Source of the DNA: Hyphochytrium catenoides
Taxonomy: Eukaryota > Protista > Hyphochytriomycota
DNA: 44,982 nt
Assembly: GCA_900088475.1 (NCBI GenBank)
Contig: FLMG01004533.1
Location: forward strand, 1-44,982
Direction of reading: 5' to 3'
In this document: piece after piece, positions 12,914 to 26,296 of the stretch
How the letters are laid out: each line of letters starts with the position of its first letter
How positions within the stretch are numbered: the stretch's first letter is position 1
Made by a program: the position numbers and the translations under genes
Notes under the pieces: model-generated
The model's database searches: none
The model's input: only the letters and a program-made list of their open reading frames with translations
Told to the model about the DNA's origin: nothing

Positions 12914-15900
12914 ATGGGTACCTCCAAGAAAGGCAAGCCCAAGGGCAATGCAAAGGGCAGTGCCAAGTCGGGTGGCTTTCAATCCCTAGGATTGAGCAAA
13001 GAAGTCTTTCGAGCGGTGATGAAGATGGGATATAGTGTGCCAACGCCGATTCAAAGAAAGGCATTGCCTCTGGCTATGGCAGGAAGAGACGTCGTGGCAA
13101 TGGCAAGGACAGGTGGGAAAGAGCATTGATAGTCTGTCTTTTGAGTATTTCTTCTTGGCGCTATAGCTCTCGTTATCTTCTTCCTAAGTATTCCTTCCGC
13201 ATTGTCATCCGTTCGAGACTCTGGTATCTGGACCTGCGGCTTCCGACCTGTCCTTTGCTGCTCTATTTGGCGCTCTTTCCGCTTTCAGTTCTTTTGTGAA
13301 GCCTCAGTCCTGCCGACTCTTTTCTTCTTGAGAACCACCTCGTCCCTCCCTCTCCGCCTACATGTCGTCGTTGCTCCCTAATCTGCTGGTGTCCAACAAT
13401 GACAGGCTACTCGTCCTTTTCTAACGCCCTTCTTCTCTCTCCTTCCATCGCTGGATGGTAATTGCACTTGATTATAGGTTCGGGAAAGACAGCAGCTTTT
13501 ATTATTCCCATGCTGGAGCGACTGAAGTCCCACTCGGCCAAGGTTGGCGCTCGAGCGCTTGTTCTTTCTCCCACAAGAGAGCTCGCCTTGCAGACGCTGC
13601 GGTTTACTAAGCAACTGGGCAAGTTCATGGATCTCAAGAGCAGCCTCATTGTTGGAGGAGACAGCATGGAGCAGCAGGTACTTTGTGCGACTATCTCAAT
13701 GTTGTCGGTAGCGCCGTCTGAAGCGTTTATGGATCTCTTTTTCCTCAAGTTCGATTCGTTAGCCTCCAATCCGGATATTCTTATAGCTACACCCGGGCGT
13801 CTGGCGCACCACCTGAACGAAGTCCCGGACTTCAACCTGAAGTCCGTAGAGTTCCTGGTGTTCGATGAGGCAGATCGGCTGTTCGAAATGGGCTTCCAAG
13901 AGCAAATCAATGAGATCATAAGAGGGATATCTGAGAATCGCCAGGTACCATGAGGACGAAGTCCACTGGACCCCAATGTGTTCCTTGTTGTCTGTGATTC
14001 CACCGATTTTCTCTTTCTTCTATGTCCCTCACAATTCGTCTTTTCCGAGTAGACTTTGCTTTTTTCAGCCACAATGCCGAAAGTATTGGTGTCATTTGCA
14101 CGCGCCGGGCTGAGGGACCCAGAGCTGATCCGTCTTGACACTGACACGAAGATATCTGAGAACCTGAAGGTACGTCCATTCTTCCAGCCAAGCCAAATGT
14201 GTCGCCCTTCGCTATGACACTCGAACTCTCGTATCTTCTCTTTCGTCTTATCGGTGTTCCCTGTGTCTGCACCTCTACGACTCAGCGTTTTCCCTCGTCC
14301 CTCTCTTGGCCTACCAAAAGTACTTTTCTTTCAGGCAGGCCGTCCCTTGCCTGTTTATGTAATCTTTAGCAGTTGAGTGTTTCTTATGAGCAAATGTTAA
14401 GACTTCAGTTTACCTGCTATGTACCACGGCTTCTGTATCCTCAATGAGTGTGGGAAGCATTGCATTTGTTTATGACATGTCCGATGACTTTGTAGATGGC
14501 GTTCTTTACTGTCCGAAGCACAGATAAAGCTGCTGCATTCCTCTACCTGATCCGAGAGATCATTACAAGGCAGGAGCTAACTATCGTGTTCGCGGCAACC
14601 AAGCACCATGTGGAATTCCTCCACGAACTTTTGAAAGCGGTACGCTGTCCTTGGAACTCGCCATCTGCCCCAAGGGGTTTTCCGTTGCCTAGCCACTGGG
14701 CTAGCAACCTGTTCTTCGGTTTTCGCATCTAGCTATCCTCTTTTCTCATCTGGCACTCTTTACGGCATCACTTGACAGGCAGGAGTTGTTTCATAGATTG
14801 CTATTCTGGGAAAACTCATTGAAGTCGTGCATACTCCTATCCGAACCCAACTCCCTTTTGAACCTAGGCAAACATTGACGCTGCGCCTATCTATGGAGAG
14901 ATGGACCAGTCAGCTAGAAAGATAAACCTGGGCAAATTCCGAGCGAAGAAGACCTCCATTCTCTTGGTGACAGACGTCGCAGCGCGGTAGGCTTTACACA
15001 CATTCTTCAATCCCTTCACCAAAGCTTGTTACAAGGCGTTGGCCCTTCAAACCAAACCTCATGTCCTTTTCCCCATCTCACATCTTTTGTGGCCTTGGTC
15101 TTGTCTATCTATCTTTCGGCGATGTGGAAAACAATAAGACCACCAGCTCTTAGGCGCTGTATTCGCCCATCATCTGACTTTAACCTGTTGCTCTATAACT
15201 CTTTTTAGCGGTATTGATATCCCACTCCTGAACAACGTTGTCAACTACAACTTCCCAGCCACTGCCAAACTCTTTGTTCACAGGGTAAGTGGGCTCCACT
15301 CATCTAAGTCGCATTCTTGCTAACTTTCATCCTTGCAAGAACGCCATCTAACCCATGTTATCCTTTGCCCGACGTTCCATTGACATATTCGTGTCTGTCA
15401 ATCGTAATTGCTCCTCGTGCCCTAAACTGGGCTCGGGCGAATCTTTGATGTCTCTTCTTTGAAATGACGCTTGCGCTCTTCCGATGTCAATGTTTTAGGT
15501 GGGACGAGCGGCACGAGCTGGACGTATGGGCACAGCATTTACCTTTGTTGAGCCTGATGAGGTTTCTTACATGATCGATCTCCATCTCTTTCTGGGTCGG
15601 AGCCTAAGAACCTTGGGGACCAAGAAGTCTAAGCAAAAGACAGAGAGGGAGGAGATGGACCAAAAAAGTGACAGTAAAGAACAAGAACAACCTGCGGGCT
15701 ATAAAGTGACAGACATGAAGCCGGACGACGTCCACTATGGCCGGTTTCCCCAGGTACTTCTACATTGCTTTTTCAATGCTGCGGACCACATTGTCGGGTC
15801 TTCTTCCGTTCTTATGCTGCTATATGGTCTGCTTGGGTCAACTGGTGCTGCTCTTTGCGATGATCTTTCTCTTGCCTTCTTTCCCTAAGGTGATGTGATT

Positions 15901-18046
15901 TGATGTGTAACGCACTACCTCCAACCGCTCAGTCTGTTTTAGACCGAGAGAGCGAGGCCTTTAAGGAAATGGTTAGCACGAGCCACTCGTTATCGTCACT
16001 GATCAAAGTCTGCGAGAATGCCCAGAAGCAGTATGCTAGAACTAGGACTGACCCCTCAAAGCAATCTATAAGGGTATGGTCTCCTCTTTGTCTGTCTATT
16101 ATTTAGTGACCTGACGGTCCTTGTTCTGATCATGGTCATTCTCATCTCACCTCGGGTGAGCAGCGAGCAAAAGAATTGCCAGTGGAGGACGTGCATCCCC
16201 TTCTTCTCGAAGCCGCGGCGGAGGACCAGGAAAAGACTTCGTACTTGAGCCTTCTTCGGAGTTTCAGACCACAAAACACCATCTTTGAGGTAACCTGTGG
16301 CAAATAGAGTGATCTGTAGTTGCTAGTAGAAGAGAAGAGGTTTGGAGCGACTCTTGATGTTCATACCTACCGAAAAGTACTTCATCCAAGGGAAGTCTCA
16401 TCACTCGGCTTCCTTGCATGACAAGAGTCTATGCTCTGCTTACCTTTTGACCTGTTTAGGTATCCACAGGACCCGCTAACCAAGCTAAGAAAGATAGTGT
16501 CAAAGTACAAATGATGAAAGCAAAGAGGCGACAACATGATGGAATTATCCAGTATAGGAGTGAGAAGAGGCAGAGGAAGGAAGAAGAGGAACTGACAACA
16601 GAAGACGCAAGGAACAATTCGAACGTTGACGATGAAGGGACCTTTGAGGTAGCAGTAGAGCATTCGGATGATCCTTCAAGCGCCACGGGCCATGGTGCGA
16701 CGAATGAGCCCAAGAAAGAGAAGGTCTATCTGTCTAAAGCAGATCGGAAAAAATTGAAGAAGGGGCTAGCTAAGAAGGAAGAGTTGATCGAGAAGAAACG
16801 ACAGTAAGAACCGAACTCTGACTCTAACGCTCCGAGAGCCACGATTTGGTCCTCTTCCCCATTTCTTCCTATACGTTTGTCTTTTGGGGCCGTATGTTCT
16901 AGAATCGTGGGAAACCTCGTTTTACAGCTGACTTTTCCTCGCGCAATTTTCCATTATAAGGCACCCTGAACACCATTCCGAGAAGACAACTTTCCGCGAT
17001 GAGGACAACTTTATTAGTCTAGAGAAGAATGGCACTGAGAACTCTCAGGTACACATACTTTTGCTCTCTCCCTAGGTCTTTCGCTCAGAGTTTCCCTTTC
17101 GTGGCGAAGTCTGCAGTCTTTTCTTCTTCCAAAATGTCTCTCTGAAGCTAGCTCCCTCTATTTCATGCCCTTGTCTAGTATCGTCCGGCGCTGTGGTCTT
17201 GGGTTTGATCCTTAAGTCTTGTACACTAGCTGACGTCTTTCTTTCCATAGCTACTACAGGAGGAAAGCTCTAAACTTAGCATTGAGACTCGTCTGGAGGA
17301 AGCCGTCCTTGACCTCATTCCAGAGGATGTCCGAGAGATGAATGAGAAGAGAAGAGTCATGCACTGGGACAAAAGAAAGAGGAAATACGTGCAAATGACT
17401 GTTGGGGAACTGAAGAGAGGAGAAAAGGGCGAGCGCGGAGGAAAGAAACAGAGACTTGAGAATGGGCAGAAGGTGAAGGAACTTAAGGCCGGACAGCTTT
17501 ACAAGAAGTGGCAAGAGAAGAACCACAGAAAGATTGCTAGAGAAGGATTGGACGAGGTATTACTTCGCTTGACTGCTAAACTCGCTCTTAAGTCCCGCCT
17601 TAGCTCTTTCACACTCTCTTTGCCCATGTCATGCTTTAGCTCTTCATTCTCTCTTTGCCCGATTCGTGCTCCCACTTGGCTTGACTTTCGGTCCAACTTC
17701 TCTGTCCTCTACTTTTCACTGTACGCATCACCACTGATCCCTTTCCTGCTTGCCTGTTACGCTCTCCCTCTTCTTCTCCTTCTTTGCCCATCAGGAGCCA
17801 GAAGATGTCTCGATTGACAAGCCTTCGATGAAGGCGAATAGGAAGGTGAAGGATGAGCTAAAGAGCGAGTCGGTTATCAGGAAGGAGCAAAAGAAGAAAG
17901 AGAAGTTGAGGGAGAAGCATGGTAGGCACAAGAAAGGCAAAGGCGGAGAGAAGAGGGGCCCAACTGGAGGGAGTGCGACTAAAAAGAAGAAGGCGCCAAA
18001 GTTTAATGGGGCGAGGAGTCGGAGTAAAATGATTGTTAGAAAGTAA
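12914..18046 (+). CDS. DDX54: DEAD-box RNA helicase DDX54/DBP10 (60S biogenesis), about 14 exons
   Basis: Motifs 'GGFQSLGLS', 'PTPIQRKA', 'ARTGSGKT', 'SPTRELA', 'TPGRL', '[11 protein letters not shown]', 'FSATMP', 'TDVAARGIDIP', '[11 protein letters not shown]', plus the DBP10CT-type tail 'WDKRKRKYV...[10 protein letters not shown]'. Thirteen GT-AG introns were traced. Confidence 0.95.
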
Positions 18047-19266
18047 GGTGACGCTCTTTTTCATCACTTTCACCCCGTGGAGGTAACGTAATGAACATAT
18101 TTATGATCCTTATTGGCTGGGCGAACAGGGGTAGGCTCAATGCTCGCTCCTTTGCGGAGAGTCATGCTTGGAAACGGGATGCGCCCTGATAGTGCTAGCT
18201 GGCATGGGATGCGTCCAAAAAGTGCTAGCGACACCTTTGTGCAGATAAGTAATGAAGGTTACGGTCGTCTTTGTCTGGATGAGACATCTATGCTTGCCAC
18301 CGTGGCGATGGACATTCCCTTTGTCTCAATCAGGCAGCGACCAAAAGAGTAAAATAGTACCCAAGTGAGCCTCACGATCCAAGCTCCAGCTCATGCTTTT
18401 TGAGTGCTTTCAATGGCTGAAAGGCGGCTCCAGCGTGGTACTCGGGCATCGGTAGCCCTTACCTCTAATGGGCCCACATCGTCCAGTTAGTCTCTCGCTC
18501 ATCAGCACTCAGCACCTCCTTTGGCTCCATCACTTTTCTATGATGACGGGTGGCTCTTTGTGAAATCTTTCTGCAAACATAGTGGAATAAGCTTCAGAAG
18601 TGTTAGAGGCGCTACCACTAGGTTCATGAGGGAATGTTTCAATGTTACCTTTTGAAAGAAATGAAGCTTTTGAACATTCTGATATGTAACGGACGGCCTT
18701 GGTGCGAGTGATAGCGGAGAAGGAGAAGCGAAGATTAAGGAGGAGGGTGAGGAGGAGGAGGAGCTGAGCAACAAAGCACGGTAGGCACGTCAAGGGAATG
18801 GCAGGAGAGGCCAATGAAAGACAGTGGAAGACTGGAAAGTGCAGAGAAGGAATAACGAGGGAAGAGAAGAGATACCACAAAGTGAAGGGAGCGAGAGCAA
18901 ACACGACTTGAGGACAACCAGAGTTGAACTCCTTAGGCTACGGTAGGCGGGATAGTTCTATGTCTATAGTTAGGTACGATGGGGAGGAGTTGAACAAGAC
19001 CGACCAGCAGATCCGCGGCACCCACCAATCGCTTCAATCAACTACACGGGCGACGTAGCGCTGTGACCTCAGGGATCCACGTTATAAGCTCGCATTGGAG
19101 CTAGGACTCCTTTTGTAGGTTGATTGTTGGACTGGCATACATTTCCCTTCTCAAAGCACTGAGAGCCTTCAAGGCTGACTCAAAATAAGAGAGCAAGGTT
19201 CCAGGTGAAACCTGTATGCAGCACGCTGGACTCTAAGTACCGCATTGCTGCGGCGCCACCAAGAAT

Positions 19267-20389
19267 ATGTCTTTCCGTCCCGAGGAGCCTATCGGCATCA
19301 CGCCTGCGGTAGTACTGTCCGTCCGAGGTGACTTGTTTCCTAAGCCTAACCATCTCATATGTATTAGGAGGAGAAGGAGCTTCGTCGCGTATATACTCAC
19401 TTGTGCAACTACCTGCCCAAGAGCAAACTCTTTGCTGCGATGAAGCCTTATTTAGATAGAAATACCACCATCATCACTCACAAAAAGAACCCTGAGGTAA
19501 GCATGAAGAGTAGAGACCTCGTTACGGTTCGCGGATGCATCGGGGTATTCTTGTTATCAATACTGACTTCATTCTTCTGGGGACTTCTATGTCGCACCTC
19601 AAGGCTGTCAAAGTTTTTGACTCACGTGGCGTCGTCATGACTGAGGAAGATATCGAGATTGAATTCCTTCAGATTACTGCAGAAATAGAGGCGTTAAAAA
19701 AGAAGGTGCGCCAGCAAAGAGTATATTAGATAAATGTGGATGTTTGATAAGAAGCTTATCGTGTTCCACATCAGATCCAAGAGTACAACGATGACCCGAC
19801 GGCTAAGGTTCATCCAGCTGATCTCAATGAGGCACTAAAGTCCCTCGGCAAGAAGTGCTCTAGGGTAAGAGGTCAAACGGACTCTGTTGGTGCCAGGCTT
19901 TCATCACTTCGATCTCTAGCTCACATGTTGATGTCTCCACGGATAGAAGGAGATTGAAGAGATGATCTGGGAAGTTGACGAGAATCTGGACGGCTGTGTT
20001 GATTGGGACGAGTTCCGCCTTATGTACAATAGGAACGTCACAGACCTCACCAACTTGGAGCCCAATCAGCTCTTCAACATTACCCAGTTCCTGACGTATG
20101 ACAAGGACTTCCGCGGTCGGGTAACAGGTAAGATTATAACAGCTTGTAGCCGTGTCCTGGCTTCATGATATTGACACAGTCGTTTATAGTGGATGATACC
20201 ATGAGCATGCTTTATGCCAGGTATGGGCGCGACAAGTTGGAATCAAAGGTGAAAGAAATGTTCGGTCATGATCTTGGCAATTCCAACGGAGATAAGGACC
20301 TGAGCTTTATGGAGTACTTGGAGGCTGTTAATAAGAAAGAGCTGCAAAAGCGCCAGGAATTGAAGTTGAAGGCGAAGAAGAAAACCTGA
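19267..20389 (+). CDS. EF-hand calcium-binding (calmodulin/centrin-like) protein, 6 exons
   Basis: Spliced frame MSFRPEEPIGITPA/EEKELRRVY...DLNEALKSLGKKCSR/KEIEEMIWEVDENLDGCVDWDEF (canonical EF loop), then DKDFRGRVTVDD and NSNGDKDLSFMEY. Confidence 0.88.
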
Positions 20390-20454
20390 TGTAATGGAGG
20401 GCTTTAGTTAAAAGTCAACGGTGATCACCTCTGCATTTCCATTACGAGGTCATC

Positions 20455-22304
20455 CTAAATAGACACATCGTCTCCAGAAGCGTTGTCGATAGCTATCGTT
20501 CGCTCTAAGGCATCGATACCTCTTAATAAAGGCGTAGGGTCATAGGGGAGGAGGTGCTTTCGCTGCAGTCGCTCTAGAGTCAGAGAGAGTCTTACTAGGG
20601 TTGCAAGTAAAGCATCGATGGAGACAGAGGGCAGGATGGCATGAATCTGACGGCATTTTGGCCAATAAGCTACAAGAAAGCGCAGATAGCGCGTAAAGTA
20701 CTCTAAGAAGCAGGTCTCGTTCGATGTCAGTAGATCCAAAAGCACCAGGTGATCATGATCGATGGACTTCAGAAAGAGAAGAAAGTGTATGTGGGGGTGG
20801 AAGCCATTGACATCGGAGATATCACTGTTGGATATCACCCGTACAAGCTCTTGGACGTCCGCCGGCAATTGGGGTGTCTACGAAAAGGTTGCACCTTCAT
20901 CAATCTTCATAGCGACGGTGTACTCAAAGAATCGGTCACGACTTACCTGAGGGCTAATGCTCAGCTGAACAGCTCTAAGAGAGTCGTACATGAAGTCGAT
21001 TAACTCATCATCTTGTTCTGCGAAAAGTGACATTAGCTGGGACGCCATCGTTTGGGCCTGCAAACTCTTTGCACTTTGCCAAGCTCCGATAATGGACACG
21101 ATGTCGTCACGACGACGTCGGTAGGATGCGGGATCCGTAAGCCGTGTTACGGCTGTAGAGGCCTTCACCGCTAACAGGGCCTTTCTTCTAAGAGCTTTGA
21201 GCATTTTACTGCCGGCATCATATACATTAAGAAAATGATTGGCGCTCGAACTGGGAACTGTGGGTACGTCACCCGAAAGCAGAGTCGATACGAGGTCATC
21301 GCTTCTCAAGGCCAGAATGCGGATTGCTAACCCTACGGCAGGACTAAGCAGATCTTCTGTGTGCAAGAGAGGCGCTTGAGCACATTCATCAGTGATGAAG
21401 GGAGGGGCACATACCTTCTTGTTCTGCGGTCCCTTTCAGAAGCAGGAGACTAAGGTTGATAACTTTGATCTCAACCTCAATGTTACCCCCTCGTAGCAAT
21501 TGCATTAGCGGCTCGGAGTCTGCTGATGTGATGGCGCATATCACGCTTTGAAGAGCGTGTGACCCATGAGTTGTTGCTGCATGCATTGCACAATCGGAGT
21601 TAGAAAGTGGATGGTGGATGGCAAGGAGGTGACCAGGACTTACTACTGTGAAGCTCCTCGGAGGAGGCTTTAATAAAGTGCTTTGCCACGTCTATTGCTA
21701 GGCAGAGGCGTAGAAGTATGGTCGCTTCTGATGGTGCTCGCTCGAGAGTTGAAGCTGGCAGTAGGTTCAGCAGCTGGCCAACCTCAGGCAGAACAGCTCT
21801 AGCTGTGAGGTTGGCAAGCTCTATTATCCCGGGCGCAGACACATTGTGGGTGTTATTACTCACAGTGTCATAGCGCTCAGGATGTGAATCACCTCTCTTT
21901 AGCTTGAGGAGCTCTCGTAGCAGCTCCAGACAGTTATTCGTAATCTTCTCCTCATCCTCTCCTTGCCCATCGTCCTTCGCCTTATCCCCACCCCTAAGGG
22001 GCAGGCTTCCATCAACCAAATGGGCAATAATACTCGCGGCGGTGGTGGAAGAAACTGTGATGATATGCACCAGACAGGAACGAATACATCTTCGGGCAGA
22101 GAAGCCGATAAGCAGGTCATCGTGGCCTAATTGGCGTACCTGTGCCGCGAGAAGTGATTAGACTCACATAGAACTTCTTTATCGAGTTGGCTACCAATGG
22201 CATCAAAAGCTATTCTGACTTACGATGCTCCCATAATTGAACGTTGCTAGGAATTCAATGTGCTTGGCCCTTAAGCCTGGCTTCTCTGACATAGCGGACG
22301 ACAT
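20455..22304 (-). CDS. LINS1: Protein Lines (LINS1) homolog, 5 exons
   Basis: 'LFAEQDDELID' and 'PHIHFLLFLKSIDHDHLVLLDLLTSNETCFLEYFTRYL' (LINES_N-like), 'LVRLSLTLERLQRKHLLPYDPTPLLRGI' (LINES_C-like). Introns at 20878-20946, 21375-21414, 21578-21643 and ~22140-22223 restore the frame. Confidence 0.82.
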
Positions 22305-23537
22305 GAGCTCTTTCAATTTTCAATGTTTATAGGTGTATAAGATATAGCACGGAACGACTCACGCTCTAGGTCCAGGCTGAAACCCTGAAAGTACGCTCGC
22401 ACGTAGTTGATTGCTACCAGAAGTACGGCATTCCCTCTGTTTGGCTCAGCAGCCCACACCAGGGCCTGCGCTTAGAAGTAAGTGTACTGCATAAACCTCA
22501 CTCTGAAGATATTTGGTAGTCTCAGTGATACCTCGGATAAGAGTGCGTAGCTACGTAGGAGCCGAGCTTCGTCCAGACCTCTTTGTTTCACCCAGCTAAC
22601 AGCATCTCTTGCAGACCTGAGCCACCAATAATAAGTATTTCGAGAGTCGGCATGAAGCAACATTTTACCCTCACCTCAGTACGGATGACGAAGCAACATC
22701 GGCGCCAGTCAGAAGAAGATCAGTAGTCATCTTCCTATCATCTTGTCTTTTCGGATGCTTTCCAAAGAGTGGTCCTAGGACCGTGTGGCCGGCCTCAAAG
22801 GGAAGTGGCCTGCCATCACAGCTCCCTCCAAAACGCATCTACGACTTCGGCCATGACCGCTGACACTTCTGCTCATGAAGAAGATGAAGTGGTGCCATGA
22901 TGCCATCAACCTGCGTCCGGAGATTTTCGCAACAGTTATGTATCTCTCAAAAGAATGTTGAGTTTGGGACGAGGGAGCTCTAGGTTACAACCCCAACATG
23001 TAATATGATCGTTATTTCAGCAGCTATGGGTAAAGTTATTGTCGCATTTGTATGAGGAACTGAAGTAATTGTGTCTGATGCCTGCCTCATCGCTCACCCA
23101 GTTCGCGCTACCCTCAATAATGATGCACTGAAGAGATGCTTGGTAATCTAGGACTCTTTCAAGATGGGGAGATGGGGTTATATGAACCCTGCCTTACCTA
23201 TCTCTGTCATAAGAGTAAACAAGGAATATAACTACACGCTTGACGGCAGCGGTTGCCAAACCCAACCTGGTTGAGTCAGCTTACTACTAAACCTCTGTCC
23301 TAGGTAGGAAGCGTCAAAGCAAAGTACGAATAGCGATGCCCACTAGATGGATGATTTAGTCCATGCACGAACTTGTGAAGACTGGCACAATGCTGAGCAG
23401 TAGAGTTCGACCCCCCTTCTTCTCCCTCCTCAATCCTTCGGCCTAATCACAGTCAGACAGCTTTACCGAGGCAGCGGTCAGGAAGCCCGCCGTAAGAGGA
23501 AGCACTGAAGTACCAACCCATCAAATTTTTCAATCCT

Positions 23538-24149
23538 TCAGGAAGCATCAGCAATATGACCGGAATGCAAATGGTCTTCTTCATCATCTTTTTCTAGCAC
23601 AGTGTCCAATCCGCGGGGTATGAGGACGGCCACGTACCGTACCTCACTTACTCTGCTGTCTACGGTCTTGTCCGCTGCAACTGACAATGCAGGTATAAGC
23701 TTTTGAGGAGAAGATGATGGTCGCCTTTCACTCGTATCTGCACCGTTGATAAAGCTGACGCAGAATCCCACTGCTTCCTTCCAAATCTTGCAGTTTGCTG
23801 TGTGACGGTCTACTCGCCCCGTGATCCGACCGAAAAAAGTGCTAAGGTATCGCTTTACCTCAGGCAGTCTATCTGCCACCACGGCGGACTTTTTCTTCTT
23901 CGCAGACCTAGTCACTGCAGTGTGAGGAATAGGCAAGTTTGCCAAGTAGATTCCCTCAGATATGCAATCCCCGCACCGTGAGAAAATCATATCCAGCTTC
24001 GCCAGCACTCTCTTCCTCAGCCGACTAAAGTCATCGGGAGATCTGTGAACCACCCAAGTCCGCCTCGTTGTTTCATCCCTGAAGACGATGTCGTAGATAA
24101 ACTCATTGAAGCTGACAGCCCTGGCAGAGACCGCTAAGACCATTACCAT
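23538..24149 (-). CDS. PX (Phox homology)-like domain protein, single exon, 203 aa
   Basis: 'FIYDIVFRDETTRRTWVVHRSPDDFSRLRKRV...LPIP...VVADRLPEVKRYL' follows the PX pattern Y.I......W.V.RRY.DF..L...P......R...L..YL. Confidence 0.7.
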   Translation of the reverse strand: MVMVLAVSARAVSFNEFIYDIVFRDETTRRTWVVHRSPDDFSRLRKRVLAKLDMIFSRCGDCISEGIYLANLPIPHTAVTRSAKKKKSAVVADRLPEVKRYLSTFFGRITGRVDRHTANCKIWKEAVGFCVSFINGADTSERRPSSSPQKLIPALSVAADKTVDSRVSEVRYVAVLIPRGLDTVLEKDDEEDHLHSGHIADAS

Positions 24150-24660
24150 TCTAGTACACTCAGTTCAGACCCGGTTCACATAGGAGCTATGATAGTCGGC
24201 CTCAAAACTCTATCTGAAAGAATGGAACTAACGGAAGTCACATAATGCCTCCTTTCCAGTACTAGCAGAGAGTCCTCTTTAACGACGAAGGTGTGCTAGC
24301 CTTGTCAGTGACCATTAGGAACTACATCTGAACAGGGAGCACACTCTTGTTAATCGAATACTGGCTTCCAAGCTTTTGGATAGAGCCTCCATTCTTTCTA
24401 GCTTGAAGCGCCGGAGCGGCACTCCTTAGTCCGAGGTTGATGTGAGCAACCTGCAGTAGTCGGCAGCTGACCAATGCTCCGACACAAAGACGCCCCGATC
24501 TGGGGAACAGAGGCAATAAATGAAGGCGATGTATCTGATGTTTGAGCTCGTACTGTACGATAGTGAGTGTTGGAGCAAATGCTTGAAGAAATCATCATCC
24601 AATTGCCAGAATGTTTCCTCGCCTGAAAGGATTCATTGCTGACAGTACTCTAGCAAGATT

Positions 24661-24923
24661 TGACGTGTCAACCTCCGAATTCTTTCAAACGATATCTTTC
24701 GCCAATCCACCCATTTGCCCTGCATTACCCAAATAGGCCCAAGCCTCTTGGCCATGACTGCAGGAAAGTCGTGTTACAAAAAGCTATGACCGTAAAGAAA
24801 AGATCCAACTAATGTCATTGGCTATCATGCATTGATTACCCACTTGAGCCAGCCAATGAGAAGAGCCAACCGTACTAAAGACAAGCTTCTTTGGCTGTCT
24901 CAGCCAATCACATCCGTGCCAAT
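24661..24923. promoter_or_regulatory. Cluster of five CCAAT boxes plus a TGACGT element upstream of the PX-like gene
   Basis: CCAAT or ATTGG at 24702, 24817, 24853, 24904 and 24919, several in the NF-Y-like AGCCAAT context. TGACGT at 24661. Confidence 0.55.
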
Positions 24924-26296
24924 ATCTTAGGCCCTAATCAGTACAGTGAGACAAGGATCTCGACTCAATAAAAATCTCTTGAAGAATGATAAGGAAATCT
25001 GAACATCACTTTAGTTCGCTGTTATCTCTGGATCTCCGGAGCTCAGGTCAATGCTACCCAGCATTTGATGAGCTTGGTATAGGTGGTCGTGACATACATG
25101 AGTCTCATCAAGGGGCATTTGGGCCGTTTCCCTTGGCCCTGGGTCATCTCCTTTTTTTTATAGAAAATTCTTTATAAGAAGTATTGGTCCGAGGCAGGTC
25201 TCCAGGTATTATGCTTGTTAGCACTGCTGGCCTCTTGAGCTGCGATGGGCAGCCCCTGGCCTTATAGGTAGGGGTATTCCCCGATGGTTGCTGTCGCCGT
25301 TTGAGTTTGCCTTAAGGTACTCCACCAGTTACATCTCGGTTTAGAGGCCCCAAAGCGCCTTGTGCGGTAAAGGCGGTGTCTTGTAGGTCTTCCGACGTCT
25401 CTGCCCAGAATCGGCAGCATCAGTGGGTTCACAGCTTCCGCACACACGAGCCTCCAGGGACGACCTTCTCTCAAAACCCCAAACCTGCGGAGGTTCGTGC
25501 GAACTCAAGCTTGCGACGTAGATCTTGAATTCTGCTTCTAGAAAGAAATGGTAAGGACGACGGTTCGGCATAACAGAAAACAACAATTAGTCCTCCACAA
25601 GAAGGGCCTCTATCGCTCGTACGCCTTTATCACACGAAGGAAAAGTGAGGAGAGAGCCTGTGACCGAGAAATGTCGTTGCTCTTTGACCTACACTGTGCT
25701 AAGAACATGACCTTGGTTTCCCTGAGACGCAGGACAACCAGTCACGTAGACTATAGATGGGCCCGATTGAGAAGATAAAACAGTGATAGTGACATGTTGC
25801 ATATAGCAGTGTCCGCCTGGGCATGTACAACGATGCGAGATTTATTGTCATCTGCCGCTCCTACAATGCCCTTTGTTTTGCTATTAAAGGTCGTGGTCTG
25901 CCCAGCGCGCCATATCCATCCGCATTAGTTCAAATGTTACAAGAAAAAGAGGTTTGTCATTCTTCTTCGGCGTCAGCTACCGAATAAAAGACAATACACT
26001 CTACTACTCTGGGCGGTGCTGAGGCGCTGCCACCCTGGTAAAGGTAGTCCTACATAAAATAGAACTTTCGGAATGCTTTAGGGCTCTGAGCGGGTTCTGA
26101 GCGCAAGGACGAGTTTGTCCACTCTAGACACGCTGTTCTCCGGGCGCATAACAACCCAACAAGAGCCTGTTATTCATCCTTTCTTTCCTTTGTTCACTGC
26201 TGTCATTCGTTTGCTAATTTGTAGGATTAGCAGCCGCTCAAATGTAACTTCTCAATAAAGCTTTTCCTTTCCAAGGCAGAAGTGCACCTAAGCTAA

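Noticed and set aside
18176-18229. Two 24-nt imperfect direct repeats (period 30)
   Set aside because: Only two degenerate copies; not CRISPR-like and probably a local duplication.
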